A stretch of 56,504 bases of DNA from Octopus bimaculoides (Eukaryota), in contig NC_068984.1 of assembly GCF_001194135.2 (NCBI RefSeq), positions 106,644,358 to 106,700,861 on the forward strand, in the 5' to 3' direction. The position numbers were made by a program, and so were the translations under genes. Shown here piece after piece: positions 33,926 through 48,508 of this stretch. The stretch's first letter is position 1. Each line of letters starts with the position of its first letter. The notes beneath the pieces were generated by a model. The model saw only the letters and a program-made list of their open reading frames with translations. It was not told where the DNA came from and searched no databases.

Positions 33926-35170
33926 GGTTTCTTTATTTTGATTAGAAAACAACAGCGGTATAGGTGTGAGGTTGAAATATGAACACTTGGAATGCGCATT
34001 TCTTAAATCAGAAAAAAAAAATTACATAAATTCCATAAACCGAGCAGCATAAAATAAAATATGACTGTGTATGAAAGATTGTCTAAGAAAAAAATAATCC
34101 TTGAACAGATAAAGATCTTTATGTATTCCAATAATCCAGTAGATTTTTTATGAATTTCTTTTGCCATCTTTGCTGTAAATAGAAAATGTTAAGGCTGTCA
34201 AACTATCAATATAGAATCCATCTTACCAACATGGTAACTGAAATACATTTTTTATGCCAATTTATTATTATGTTCTAAGAAGAGCAGATGATTAAAATGA
34301 TAGAGGAAGGAATAACAGTATCCTGTTCCCTTTACAAAGAACAACTATATGAGCGTGTCATACGTATCTATATATTATCGTTTAACACAAGTCTGGTACT
34401 GCAGAACATCTGTAACATATCTGTATAAAAATAATCTAACTTGAAATTGTTTTAAGATTAAAAGGATAATTTTCAACCATAACGCCTCACAGCACACACA
34501 CTATTAGCTTGGACACATTTATAAACATTTTCTAAAGCTGCATAACAAGAAGGAATTAATATATNNNNNNNNNNNNNNNNNNNNNNNNNNNNNNNNNNNN
34601 NNNNNNNNNNNNNNNNNNNNNNNNNNNNNNNNNNNNNNNNNNNNNNNNNNNNNNNNNNNNNNNNNNNNNNNNNNNNNNNNNNNNNNNNNNNNNNNNNNNN
34701 NNNNNNNNNNNNNNNNNNNNNNNNNNNNNNNNNNNNNNNNNNNNNNNNNNNNNNNNNNNNNNNNNNNNNNNNNNNNNNNNNNNNNNNNNNNNNNNNNNNN
34801 NNNNNNNNNNNNNNNNNNNNNNNNNNNNNNNNNNNNNNNNNNNNNNNNNNNNNNNNNNNNNNNNNNNNNNNNNNNNNNNNNNNNNNNNNNNNNNNNNNNN
34901 NNNNNNNNNNNNNNNNNNNNNNNNNNNNNNNNNNNNNNNNNNNNNNNNNNNNNNNNNNNNNNNNNNNNNNNNNNNNNNNNNNNNNNNNNNNNNNNNNNNN
35001 NNNNNNNNNNNNNNNNNNNNNNNNNNNNNNNNNNNNNNNNNNNNNNNNNNNNNNNNNNNATATATTTATAATTAATACTTGGTGTTGATACTAACTCTTG
35101 ACGTTCTAGAGACGACCACCCACGGGTATATGTAAATATTTTATACAAGGCAAAATCGGCATACTACAAT

Positions 35171-35376
35171 AAAATATTGGTTTCAAATTTTGGCAAAAGG
35201 CCAGCAATTACGGGAGAGAGGGCAAGTCGATTATATCGACTCCTGTGCTCTAGTGGTACTTATTTTATTGATCCCGAATGATGAAAAGGAAAGTCGACTC
35301 CTGCGGAATTTGAACTCAGAACGTAAACACGGACAAAATGCTGCTAAGCATTTTGCCCTGCACAGTAACGATTCTT
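35171..35376 (-). mobile_element. SINE family A
   Basis: Matches consensus. Confidence 0.85.
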
Positions 35377-36036
35377 ATAAGTTACCCCATTATATTGTGA
35401 TCACATACTGAAAATTGAAAACACACTTAGCAACGACAATAGGCCTATCCCTTGCTTAAACGTTACACATAAGCTGTACAATAGCTCTCTCAAACAATTT
35501 ACTGAAGATATTTGTGAATTCAGAAAAATAATGGCAGCTGAACAGAAAACTTCTATAAGGTTAGAGTTTGGTCAAAAGAATGCATTATACTTGATGAAAG
35601 AAAAGTTCATGATTTAGGGTAATTTCGCACACAGTGAAAAGAGGAATCTAGCATTTCAAAAAGACCCTTCGATTCAGAAGAAAACCATTATTCAACTGAG
35701 TATTTAGGTAATGGTGAAAATATAAACAAGAACAAGCTGATAGTGAAGGTAAAGAAGTGAACAAAAGAAGGAACAGGTCATAGCAAATAATAGATTTTTT
35801 ACTTTCTCAGTATATACAAAGGACAGGACAAAGTTCAGTGTATATATATAGGTGGAAATGTATATGTATGCATAAATGAATAGTGAATATAATCGTACAG
35901 ATGCGCAAAAGCTCGTGTAGAGGCGTCTAATTCTAATTCTTAAACTTTGGCAAATGTGATATTAAAATTAGCTGACGAAAAGTATTGGAGTTTAGAAGGT
36001 TATTTAGTTTATATAAAGGAGAAATGTAATGATAAT

Positions 36037-36251
36037 AATGGTTTCAAATTTTGGTATAAGGTCAGTAATTTCGGGAAAGGGATAAGTAGATTACATCAGC
36101 CTCTGTTCTCAACTGGTGCTTATTTTAAGCGAACCTGGAAGGATGAAAGTCAAGGTTGACCTCGGTGGAATTTGAACTCCGAACATAAAGACGAACGAAA
36201 TGCTGCTAAGCAGTTTGCCTGGCATGCTAACGATTCTGACAGCTTGCCACT
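36037..36251 (-). mobile_element. SINE family A
   Basis: Matches consensus. Confidence 0.85.
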
Positions 36252-37177
36252 TTCTGTGTAATGATAATAATCACTGTTTGTTAATAATGAGGATTAATAA
36301 CTTCTGTTTTTGTGTTGGGTAAATGCAAGTGGTCAATGAACATTAAAAGAATGTTCAGAGCTTACAGGAGAATAATAAAATATAATTTTGTAAATGTATA
36401 ACTAGACCTAACTGGACGCCAGTGAAAAACTTTGTGTGTATGAATGTGAAATTAATTTCCAATGTGTTCTTTAAAAGATAGAGTATGGTCAGAGAGTGAT
36501 TTAACTTATGTTTGTTGGTCTTCTGTGTTCATATTTGGTGGTAGTTTTCATAACAGAAAAGTGTTTGACTCCTTCCCTCACAGTTATTGAAATGACTGCA
36601 TTTGGCAAGATTAGTCTTCCATGCTATGTTAGCCTACTAACTGACATTGAAAGGCTTATAAACACTTAAGATCAGATCAGCGATTCTCACTCTTGTACTG
36701 ATTAACTCTTTCGAAAGAACTGTTCTAAGGATACACACTTTCCGTGATTTTGTTTAAAGACTGAATTCCCAGTAATTTTTTATCTAAATCCTCAGATGTT
36801 ATGTGTTAAGGATCACAATAAAACATAATGTAACGTAAACTGTGCGTTTGCTAACGAAATATTTATACTAAAAATATTTGATATGTTAGGAATGCCTTCA
36901 TTGAATAACTGCATTTTAGAATGTAACTGGATAGAATTTCGGCAAATGAGTGTATCATACTTGATAAATGAATGGAAGTATATCGCAAATTCATATCAAT
37001 GGTCTCCTAACTATTCTGGTCCGCAGAATCAATGCTATAAATGCCTAAATGAAAATGTATCAACTAGAATAGAGCGACATAAAATACTACTCCGGGTTAA
37101 ATACATATAGCTCTTTGCACTTACACTGATAAAAGTGTGACCAACATTTGAAATATTGAAGTAAATTACACAGTCGA

Positions 37178-37211
<34 letters not shown>

Positions 37212-37784
37212 CATATATGTTAAAGCTAGAAGACAAACGGCAATATTAGATCAATCTGCATTTGGTTGTTGAATGTCATACCTGCTAAGCAACAACAAAA
37301 ATACTAAGGCAGATACCTTAAATGAAGATACATCTCATGAGAGGAAATGACATTTTCAAGAACTACCAAGAGATTCTACACCGCCAAATATCTGGAGGAA
37401 GAACACTCTGGATATCAACAAAAGGTTTCTCGGAAATTTGAAGGGGAGGCCATTATCACCAGGGAGTTTAACCTGACTTGGATTCATGGATGTTATATTA
37501 TGTTAAATCTTGTGACTTATGCATTTGTAAACCACGAAACCAAAATAGCGTAATTGTATTAAAAAGTCGTCTCTGACATTTAAATGCTTTGAAATACATG
37601 TCGAAAAACAAGCACAAGGAAATAATTAATCCTAGAATGCGATCAAAATTTTCTATTGTTACATATTTGTAGAAGATATTTCATATGTTATTTTAGGTGT
37701 CAAAATATAATAATTCTTTTTACATTCCAACACGACATGACGATACTGCTCACAATCTTTTTATCGTCAAACTAACCTCGGTTA

Positions 37785-38005
37785 AAATTTGGTTTCAGAT
37801 ATAGGCACAAGGCCGGCAGTTTTGGTAGAGCGAGTAAGTCGATTGCATCAACCCTAGTGCTCAAGTGGCACTGATTTTTATTGGCCCCTGAAGAATGAAT
37901 GGCAAGATCGACCTCAGAAATATTTAAACTCAGAATGTAAAGTATGATGTTATGCCACAATGCAGTTTGCTCGGCGTAGTAAAGATTCTGTCATCTTACC
38001 GCCTT
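37785..38005 (-). mobile_element. SINE family A (older copy, first of tandem pair)
   Basis: Matches consensus with more divergence. Confidence 0.75.
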
Positions 38006-38014
38006 ATTTCTATT

Positions 38015-38233
38015 AAATATTGGTTTCAAATTTTGGCACAAAGCCAACAGTTTTGGGGTCCAGGATAAATCGATTGCATCGACCCTAGTACTCAACTGGT
38101 ACTTATTTTATCGACCCCGAAGATATGAAAGGCAATGTTGACTCCGGTGACATTTGAACTCAGAATTTAAAGGCGGACGAAATGCCGTTGAACATTTTGC
38201 CCGATGTGGTAACGATTCTGCCAGCTCGCCACC
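38015..38233 (-). mobile_element. SINE family A (second of tandem pair)
   Basis: Matches consensus. Confidence 0.85.
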
Positions 38234-41200
38234 TCACCTCGATTAGATATTAAAATGTCTTTACTTCTGATGTTACGTACAACTTGCTAAGTTTTTGAGC
38301 ACAAAAGAAATATTGCTTGTTATTCCACGTCAAAAGTTTTAGAAATATCAAATATAACAGGTCTCTGATATCAGCAAAGAAGAAATGAACATACTATTCT
38401 GTACATACTTTTTTATATTACATGGAATAGATTAGAGTAAAAGATAAATTGTAGGAAATCGACAGATTAAGAAATTTGGTACTACCTTTTACGAATTAAA
38501 AAATTCTGACTAAAATGCAACCGTCTGAAGCATCCCGCAATTGGAACGTACTCATGCGCCAAATTTCACTAATTAGTATAGCCGGTACGAGATACTTCTT
38601 TATCATTCTTACTATAGTAAACGCAAAATAAAAAATACTGATTAGTATGTCACAACCCTGTAATCAACGAAAGCTACCAATAAAAAAAAATAGACGTATT
38701 ATGGACATGGTCATTTAATGACAAACGTAAAAATCTTTAATTTCACGGTGGCCTTAGCCAGAAAAACAACAAAGAAGAAAGGGTAAGAAATAAAATGTGA
38801 TACTTCATTAACCACCATTCGTAAGGAAGACTATGAATGTGTTAGGAAAGAGGACTACAAATTTAAAAAAAAAGAGAAATCTGGTGGGATTCAAAAGATA
38901 GTTACCTAGGAATCCCAGTAATAGAATCAGTTCATCACTTGTATATCAAGGAATTCGATGGCAAAGGGCGGGAGAAATTAATTATATCAGCCCAAATGTA
39001 ATTTGTACTAAAGTCTATATGAAAGTCTCAGTAATTGAAAGAAATCGTATTGTTCAGCTTATTTCTTCATTCCTCTCAGATCATCTTGTTAGTCTGAAAA
39101 AAAAAAGGCAAATAAAAAATTCAGCGAAGGTTGACTACACTTGACAACATTTGAAGATTGATGCATTTCACGAGTTGTTCACCTACTCATTATCAGCTTT
39201 AAAACATTTTGCTCGAGATTCTGAGATAATGATCTAAAATTTTATTAAAAATTTAACCTCAGATTATTTAGAAATAAAAAAATTCACCGAGAATTTAAAA
39301 ATCAAAGAAATTATTTTCGGAAATTTTGGAATATCAGTGGATATAGGAACTATAATTACAAAAACTTGAAAAAAGTATATCTAAAAAATAACTATGCTTG
39401 AAATATTAATTATAATTTTTTTTTATTATTAATAATCTCTATTAATCAGCTACGGGCTATGTAGGAAATGCATCAACTATGGAACGAAATCAAAAATATA
39501 ATCTATTATACATACATTATTTATATTATTTGTAAGGCATCTGTCAAAAAAAGAATTCTTTCCACAACCCAGCGAGGCAGAAACTCTAATTTATTCATTG
39601 GTACTGTGTTTTCAGTCCTATCCTATACACTTTCCGCTGAGATAAAAATAAGGATGATGTAGTAAGCAAAACAAGATTTGATAAACCATTGCCAACGTAG
39701 TTGTAATGTCGCGTAATACTGCTCTACATACATGTCGAATTTGTTTGAATAAAAATAATAATAATAACAAGTTGTAACTGAAGCACACAAAGCCGCTTTG
39801 AAAATCAGTGTCATCAACTATCACAGTAGAGGAGGCGACATACGTATAGCGAAGAATATAGTTTTCTCCTTTAAAGCTGCACTTTCAGCATTTCCCCATG
39901 TGAATTATACAACGTCTAAAGAACCAAATATTTCAGTAAAGATAGAATTTTGAAATATCATACATTTCAAATGTCTCTATGGGTTTCCACCAATGTTAGA
40001 ATTTTCAAAATAACTGCTAGTAAATATTAATAAGACATATTTAAAAAAAATATATTCTGAATTCAATATAGGATTTGGTTGCAACAAAAACTAATATTTT
40101 TTAATAATAGTTTTGCAGGTGATCTAAACATCGTTTTATACGTATTTAGTTTTTATATATGCTTGTATTTTTGCGCCTTATATTTAGGTTACAGCTAAAG
40201 AAGACAACACTACTTCCGCATATGTATTTCAGTTCAAATATCTTACTTGGCTTCTAATCAACCTATATTTGCTAATATTCAGTAAAATAAAATAAAAATA
40301 TGATATAGTTCAAAGGATCCTTTACCAAATAAACATATACATAATTTATAGGATCCTCTCTAGAAAGTGGTGAGTATTGAATATTTATGTTTTCCCTTGG
40401 AACATAAAAAGACAGCATTTCAAAAATGTATTTGTGAGTGCTATCTTTACCTTATTTATGATATAAATTTTTCCAAAAAGTTGTAAAACATTTCATTTTC
40501 AAATTGTAGTGAATCATCAGCGCATAGAAACACACGCGCGAACATATGCACACGGGCACGCGCGCGCACACACGCACATACACACATACACATGCAAATG
40601 TACGTATGTACGCAAACATACACACACATATATATGAACTAATATATAAATCAAACATCTAGCTGATTTTTACATTGAATTTTGATACTTGTTTCATTTT
40701 CAATTTTCCTGAAGCATTATCAGCTGAGAGACTGACTGCTGTAATAACTGTTTGATTGAGATGAGATGTGTCTAGTCTGCTATTATTATATTTGTTATGT
40801 AATATAATAGAAATATATAACAGCTGCATATTTAAACTGGACATGGACATGAATAAAGAGGATCCAATGCTATTGTTAATTATTTTGATTTTTATTATAT
40901 CCATCTACTTCTGTTTAATAGAAAGAGTCTGTAATAATGTTATTCATTCTTATGAAATTAACAACTAAGTCTCCTTCTATATCACAAACTACATTCTTAC
41001 AAACAACAATTTCAATAACGTTGTACCAGAAGTATTACGTCTAAAAAATAAACAGAACGGTCCTGTTACGAACAAGAGCCAAATTGGCGCAGTAATGGCG
41101 CAACAAGAAGGGGAAAATGTATTGCTTAATATGAAAGCTACAACCATTATTACTTTAAAGCTGATATCTGTAAGATTTCTCTTAGGAAAATCTTTCTATC

Positions 41201-44200
41201 GACTATGCAGTGCAAACGATTTCCTCTATCAATGTGACATAGAAAAGACATTTCACTTGAATCACCTCGCAACTTCTGGTAGTGCGACTAACATCATCAT
41301 CACGCCTTTAGAAGTTGAAATATGTCCCAAATATATTTTAATTAACCTAATGTTCACTTATGCCTAATCACTACTTAATGATGACATTGCTGATTTTTCT
41401 AACCGGCTGGTCCCTTGACGCAACTCAGTCAATGTTATTAACTGATTTTATTTAAAGCCACGACTTTAAATCTACTCGCAGTTACATCACTTCGGTATTT
41501 CCCGTTGATAATGGCTAAAGAGCGAGAAAAGCTGCGTCTGGGAATCCGATAGGGGGTAGCACTGGGCAGCCATTGTGCTTTTACATATATTTTCCATGAG
41601 AGAATTTTTTATCCTCGGTAAATGCAGTGAATTCGTCTTTAGAAGTCGAAATATGTCACAAACATTGTCATTAACCTAAAGTTCGCAGCTTATGCCTAAT
41701 CACCGCAAAGTGCTGATACTGCTGATAAATATATTAATAATTTGTCCAGAGACCTTGCTTGATGGTAGGTACTTTAGTAACTACTAAATAAGTCAACCCC
41801 GAAAACTGAAAAATGAAATATTGATATTTATTCAAGGGGATTAAGTAGCAGACAAAAATATTCTGCAACTACATAGACGTGTCAGTGTATCATAATTTGT
41901 TGGTGACAACCTTCACACCCGGTATTGAGCAAAAATAGGACTCCTGCGTCTCATAAAAAAAGTAGCATTTTATTTTGGATGCAGTGTAAATATAAATGTA
42001 TATGTATGTGTGCGCGTGTGTAATTAATATATATGTGTACACAATTATTTGTGTGTGTATTCTTTTGGATCCATTCTAGAGTTCTCAGGAATCCTTCTAG
42101 TCGTATACCCTCAAACTAAGGGGGTACTTCAGATATTTACATTTCAATCAGAACTCATTGTATGCTTCATTAAGTACCGTAGATTAGTATAAAATTTCCA
42201 ACTCCGCCGATTTCTTTCAATTTATCTGTCACTGTATGCCTTTCCATGTGACATTAAAATTATGTACGGAGTATTCTGAATTTAAGTCTCTAGTTTTCTC
42301 GTTTGCCGACATCAATATTTCTGTGCATTGTCGCTTTTATATTAATGGATCGAAATTGCTATGCGTGCAATTAAACATTCCAGATTTATTCCAGTGACAG
42401 TGGTGTAAAAATCGTTGTCAGATATTGATTTGGTTTGAGAAGGAACATTCAAATATAGTACCATAACTGTTGATGTGGGCTTTCTCTACTCTATCTTTAT
42501 GTGATCTACGTTTAAGTATCAAAAAGTATTCTTGTTTTGTTTTGTTGAGCAGATAAGAAAAAAACTAGTGACTAATGCGTACTAAGGTTTTCTGCCTTTG
42601 TTTTAGTTTCCAAGCAATGTATTGTCAGCCATAGGTAATTAACGTGACAATATTCAACTGTCAAGTTGTACAAATGTGGCATTAAATACATTTTTTATTT
42701 TACGTTCATGATTTAGCGTTGGGTTTTTGTGGGCATTCATTAGCAATGAAATTGAGAACAACTTGCGTTGACGGCGATGTCTATGCTGAGAACCATAGAT
42801 CATTAGATTCCGTTTATAAATCTGTGAAAATATTTTTGAACTGAAATATATTATAGTGATCGAAACTCTTTGAGTATTTCTCTATTTGAAGACGGTATTT
42901 GAAAAGGAAGCTACACTTGCACTTATCTATATGTCGCACATGTCTTAGATATCACGATTATTGCTAAATGTGCTACTGGGAATTTTTCGAAGTAGAATGT
43001 TTCTTGTCATTCATGGATGCGGCGAGAAAAGTTCTGGATATATATGTGTACCTGAATAACAGCACGTACTACATTTGATCAACTAGTATGACTCATACAG
43101 GTCTTGTACTGCCGGGCAGATTTGTCCATGTCAATTAGTTCTCATAGTGGTGAGTTATTCTCCATTTCTTTCTTCATTCATTTTGTAATTTATATTTTAC
43201 TTCCTGTTTCGGTGTTCGCAAGATAGGGAGCTCACAAAATGGTAGATTAAAAGAGGAAGAAACGGGTGTGGAGAAATGTGACATGTGTGAGTGTGAAAAG
43301 AAATTGATACTACTGCAGATAGAGAAGAAAGCGAATTCCTGTCAAACGTTGGAGCTGAGGTTGAAGCGTCATATATTACTTGTATATGGACTTATATATG
43401 ATGAAGAATATAGTCGGTTAAATTGACTCTAATGCCACACTAGAACTTCGTTAGTATTTCGAAAAAAATAATTTTACTATGAGTAAATCCTACAGTTTTA
43501 ATTCTTTTATTAAAATTAATTTTGAAAATAATGAAAAATTCAATAAAATTTGTATTGAGAACAAAGTATGAAATTTTCATAAAAGATTTTAATTTAGATT
43601 ACTTTAAAATAGAAAGTTTGCACCATAGAATCAAAGACGGTCTCAGTTGCTTCATATCAAGTGGGTTAAAAATAAGTAAGCTTTATAATTTTTTTCAACT
43701 TCAAATGTTTGGTAGCATAATGTCAGCAATTGTAATTTTATATTTTGTTTGACAGCAACACACTAATTTTAATGGTTTCGTATTCTAGTATACAGTTCCT
43801 ACTTAAATTATGATAGTTATACTTACTGTAAAATTGTGTGGATATAGTTTTTCAGCATCTCCATATCATCTGCAGATTAAGTAGATTTATTATTTACAAT
43901 ACTAGCGTCATGAGATGATTATTGTTGCAACAATGTTCTTCACTTTTTTTTTATACGAGTAAATATCAAACACTGATTAGGCATAAATAATATATAGCAT
44001 ATACAACATATATGACTGTTTATAAATATGAGCTTATGTTTCAGAATAAAGTCTGAGTCACAGTTTCTTTCATACAAGTAATTGGTATTTTATAATTTTA
44101 ACCATGATCATATTTTGTATCACAACTGGCATCCTATAAGAAATATATTTTAGTCGTGAAACATAAACACACATCAATCAGGTGGAACATAACAAACTCT

Positions 44201-44544
44201 TCAACTAGTTTCACATAACACTGTTTTTGATCTAAAATATTAACATTTAAATGACAAAAATCTCTTAAAACACACAAAATTCATGTACCAAGAGCAACTT
44301 TGAATTATGGATTTTCCGTCATATTTTAATCCTTAACTTTTACCTCTTACTTGATTCACTATGTATGTCACAATTCAGTTTTATTTCAAGATTTCTTTCC
44401 AATAGAGAAAGAATTGGATTTTAACCTAGATCCAAGGTTCCTTCATTGGAATTTCAACATTAACAACAGGGTATTTATGTATGTATACGTGTATATATGC
44501 TCATTTTTATATGTGCTGGATTTGTATGTTTTGTTTTATGTATG

Positions 44545-44642
44545 GGATTATAGTAAAAGACACTTAACCAAAATTCCACACTGTAGAATTGAACCCGAAA
44601 CGACGAAGCAAACTTGTTAAACATTCAGACATTTCTGCGCCT
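44545..44642 (-). mobile_element. SINE family B head fragment
   Basis: TATAGTAAAAGACACTTAACCAA...ATTGAACCCGAAAC...AAGCAAACTTGTTAAAC...CTGCGCC. Confidence 0.65.
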
Positions 44643-46281
44643 ATTTATATTTTAGGATATATTCTTACGAAGTGTTTTATAAACCATCCTTTCACAGTAT
44701 TCTTTTTCAATTAAATGAAACCGATAATATCAGTTGATTTCCATGGTCGAGTAAATACAACCACTAATGCTAATCTTTTTGTTGGTATATAACTACGTCT
44801 GTTACATAAACCGCAAATTCCAAAATTATATTTATGTTATTTTTTTTCAAAAAAAGCTCCATTAGTAATTAACTTTTGATCTAAATTCTAGTTACAATGA
44901 AACATTTCAGCTAATAAAATGTTCGTGCCTGAGATCCATTTATCAGTTAAAATCTAGCTCAATAGAGAGAACATTTCAATAATTTTCAGTTTTTATGTAT
45001 CTGATTGTTAAATGTGCACTTGGGTTTTGTTACCTTTGAATGCAGTCAATGCTTTAATAGTAAAAAAATCGTTAAATTTCTTTCCACGTAGACGATTATA
45101 GCAACAAATTACTCCGTAGTCGTCATACTTGCTACCATTTACCTCCAGGAATATCTGAGTTCAAGCTCTAATTCAAAATATTAAGACTCACAATACAATA
45201 GTGTAGAATATTACACCTCCATTCAGCCACAGGCAAAATGAACATAATTACCGAACACATTATGTGATACAGTTGGAAAGAGAATTGTGGACATTTACCA
45301 AATATTTATTTAAATATAGCCACGAACTTCTTCTGTTTCAATATTCTCAAATATTTCATTCACAGCAAGTTATTATTTGCTATTTATTACATACAGTAAG
45401 TATTTCTATTGTATTTACACATTTTCGACTATCAGTTGCATACCTGACAATCATCCCTGAAAGCCAAAGCCACAGTTTTTCAGATAACCATATTTATAGC
45501 TCTGAAGTGAAAGCAATAATTATGACATCTGCTACCTGCTTAAATATAGTATTCGCAATATCTTCTTCAAAATCTTATGTACATATTCTTCAAAATCTTC
45601 TATGCATCTGTTCAAAATCTAATATACATCTTTTCAAAGTCTAGAAATCGATTCAGCTGAAACGCTTGAAGTACTTAGCATCCATCTACGAGACGTTTCA
45701 AATATTTTCTTATTTATTTGTTAGTATTTATCAAAAGTCAATCAGACGTAGCTGCGATTTTCTGTCAATTTCTGCATATATATATATATATATAGTAAAG
45801 TTTATGTGCCAACAGAATGTGACATTACTATAAAAGATGAAGTTACTGTTGTTTTAGCCCCAGTGAAACATCTTTTGCCGCTGGGTATCGACACACAGTT
45901 TGTGTCCGTATAGCATTTGCAAGAGAGGTCATTGCTCCCATTTCTAGACTTACGTGATACTCACAGACCTAGGTTTCTGGGTAGTTACTCGTTCTCAGTG
46001 TGACACAACCATAGGCTAGTGATGAAAGCTCTCTCCAGTCGCAAATATTATATATTCTTTAAACGACACATAGTCGCTGATCTCGTATACACAAAAACAA
46101 CCTGTTTTAAATCTCTGAATGAGAGATATACAGTAACAGTACCAAATAGTAAAGTATATATGCCAGCAGAATGTGGTAGTCCTCTATAGGACGACGATAC
46201 TGTCGTTTTAGAACCAGAAAAACATATTATCCAGCTGGCTATTGACACACAGTTTGTGCCCGTATAGTATTTGCAAGGAAG

Positions 46282-46452
46282 GTGGGAGAGTCATCGCTTC
46301 CAACTATATGTATACATATATGTATAAATATATATATATGTATATATATTATATACATATATATACATATATATATATATTGTGTATGTTTATATATTCA
46401 TATAGTGAATGCATATATGTATACATATAGTTGGAAGCGATGACTCTCCCAC
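46282..46452. repeat. Perfect 41-bp inverted repeat around a TA-rich core
   Basis: 46282-46322 is the exact reverse complement of 46412-46452. Confidence 0.9.
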
Positions 46453-47224
46453 AATTTGAGACATCACACGCCACACACCTTTCATCCAAGCACTGATGCA
46501 TAGAGCAGAAGTGAGCTAGAACGTTAAAACTTAGTGCCCATACACAGCAGAGTTCAAGGTCAATTTTTGCCAAGAGGCATTACTCTGCGTAATTTAGATT
46601 TCGTTACTACTATGTCAACAGTCTGGATACTTATGAATCAAACTTCGTATATANNNNNNNNNNNNNNNNNNNNNNNNNNNNNNNNNNNNNNNNNNNNNNN
46701 NNNNNNNNNNNNNNNNNNNNNNNNNNNNNNNNNNNNNNNNNNNNNNNNNNNNNNNNNNNNNNNNNNNNNNNNNNNNNNNNNNNNNNNNNNNNNNNNNNNN
46801 NNNNNNNNNNNNNNNNNNNNNNNNNNNNNNNNNNNNNNNNNNNNNNNNNNNNNNNNNNNNNNNNNNNNNNNNNNNNNNNNNNNNNNNNNNNNNNNNNNNN
46901 NNNNNNNNNNNNNNNNNNNNNNNNNNNNNNNNNNNNNNNNNNNNNNNNNNNNNNNNNNNNNNNNNNNNNNNNNNNNNNNTATATATATATATGTGTGTGT
47001 GTGTATGTATGTATATGTATGTATATGTATGTATATGTATAGGTGAGTGCCTGAGTATTTGTGCAAGTATTTTTGAGAGTAGGAATGATATACACGTTTA
47101 GCATATTTCTTGGAGTCTATATATGAGTTGCATCTTGATACAACTCCCCATTAGATATAATTCAAGATACAGAAATGTCTGTGTGTTTGTGTGTATGCCT
47201 GTATGTATCTGCATGTTTATAATT

Positions 47225-47227
47225 AGA

Positions 47228-47299
<72 letters not shown>

Positions 47300-47361
47300 N
47301 NNNNNNNNNAGAAAGAAAGACAGACAGACAGACAGGCAGACAGATAGATAGATAGATAGAC

Positions 47362-47410
<49 letters not shown>
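47225..47410. repeat. (GA)n, (GACA)n, (GATA)n compound microsatellite
   Basis: Direct. Confidence 0.95.
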
Positions 47411-47499
47411 TACACATATATGTATGTGTATTTGATTTGAGGATTGGGTAAAGACGGTGGCACAGGTAAATTCGGCATCTACGGTGATATAAAATCCTA

Positions 47500-48420
47500 G
47501 ATACATAAAGAAAGATGCAAGTTTAAAAGAAAATTCTTTTTATTGCTTGTAAGTTGGAGATTTTTATTCTCAATAGTCCATTATCTTGATATAATTCTTT
47601 GTCGATGCCTGTGATGTAAATCTTGAGATCTTGAGCACATGTGAATCCAAACATGTCATTAACCAACACTGCAGCATTAACGAATGCATTAAAATTTGTA
47701 TCTTTCCATATAGAATCATTGGAGTAGATCAATAGTTTCCTGCATGTCTAAATATATCTGAATCTATTTCGGAGGCATTTATAATCGTTCTGGCAAAATA
47801 GACGGCCTTCATGAGTTGTGGTTCGGTCATACATGTAAAGTCATTTGTGAAGTGAAACTGCGAGAATCTAGTTGTAGGCATTGGCTTAAGCCGTATACTC
47901 TACTGCTTCAAATTTGTTGCTCGAGGCATAACGGAAGCTTCTATAGGTTCCATCTTGATCATGTCTACATTATTTTTGATAGTTGTTCTGATATGAAATT
48001 TCAAAAACCCTACATATTTGACTTAGTCAAATATACGATTCCAAAGACAGAATAGTTTGATTTCAGGAGGAGGTGTATGTTTAACTGTGATAATGTATCT
48101 ATTCTCTGTCTGGTCATCGTGTTACACCTGTTAGCTGAAGGAGTTTGGTTAGTGTTAGAAAGAACATTTAAAAATCGGAGAAAACCCAAACTTTAATGCA
48201 ACACACTCAATATATAAATTATTGTTGAAATATTCATTTTTCAGATGTTACCTAGAAATCTAGTCATCTTTCCTTTCCCTTGGGGTTTGAGGCCATATTA
48301 AAACGTTGGGTTTATATGTCTTCAATAAAAGAGGTTAAAAAAGAAATGTGGTTTATAGGAGTTATGCAAGTGATCTTATAATGTACTATGAAACAATTTC
48401 GTAAAAAGTGGATACGAGTG
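47500..48420 (-). mobile_element. Decayed Penelope-like reverse transcriptase region
   Basis: In order on the minus strand: SQFHFTNDFTCMTEPQLMKAVYFAR, DIFRHA, IWKDTNFNAFVNAAVLVNDMFGF, KELYQDNGLLRIK. These parallel Penelope RT motifs (FDI..FYPSI..LL.KAL.FA; YRDDGL); the catalytic YxDD is mutated. Confidence 0.65.
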
Positions 48421-48448
48421 GTGCAGAGCAGATGTATTGGGTGTATGA

Positions 48449-48508
48449 GTGGAGGAAGTAGATTTGGAGGAAGTAGATCTGGAGGAAGTAGATTTGGAAG
48501 AAGTAGAG
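48449..48508. repeat. 15-bp tandem repeat x4 (TGGAGGAAGTAGAT(T/C))
   Basis: Direct. Confidence 0.9.

Noticed and set aside
43101-43149. Possible plus-strand 49-nt exon (CATACAG|...|GTGAGT)
   Set aside because: Good donor but no polypyrimidine tract and no partner exons identified.
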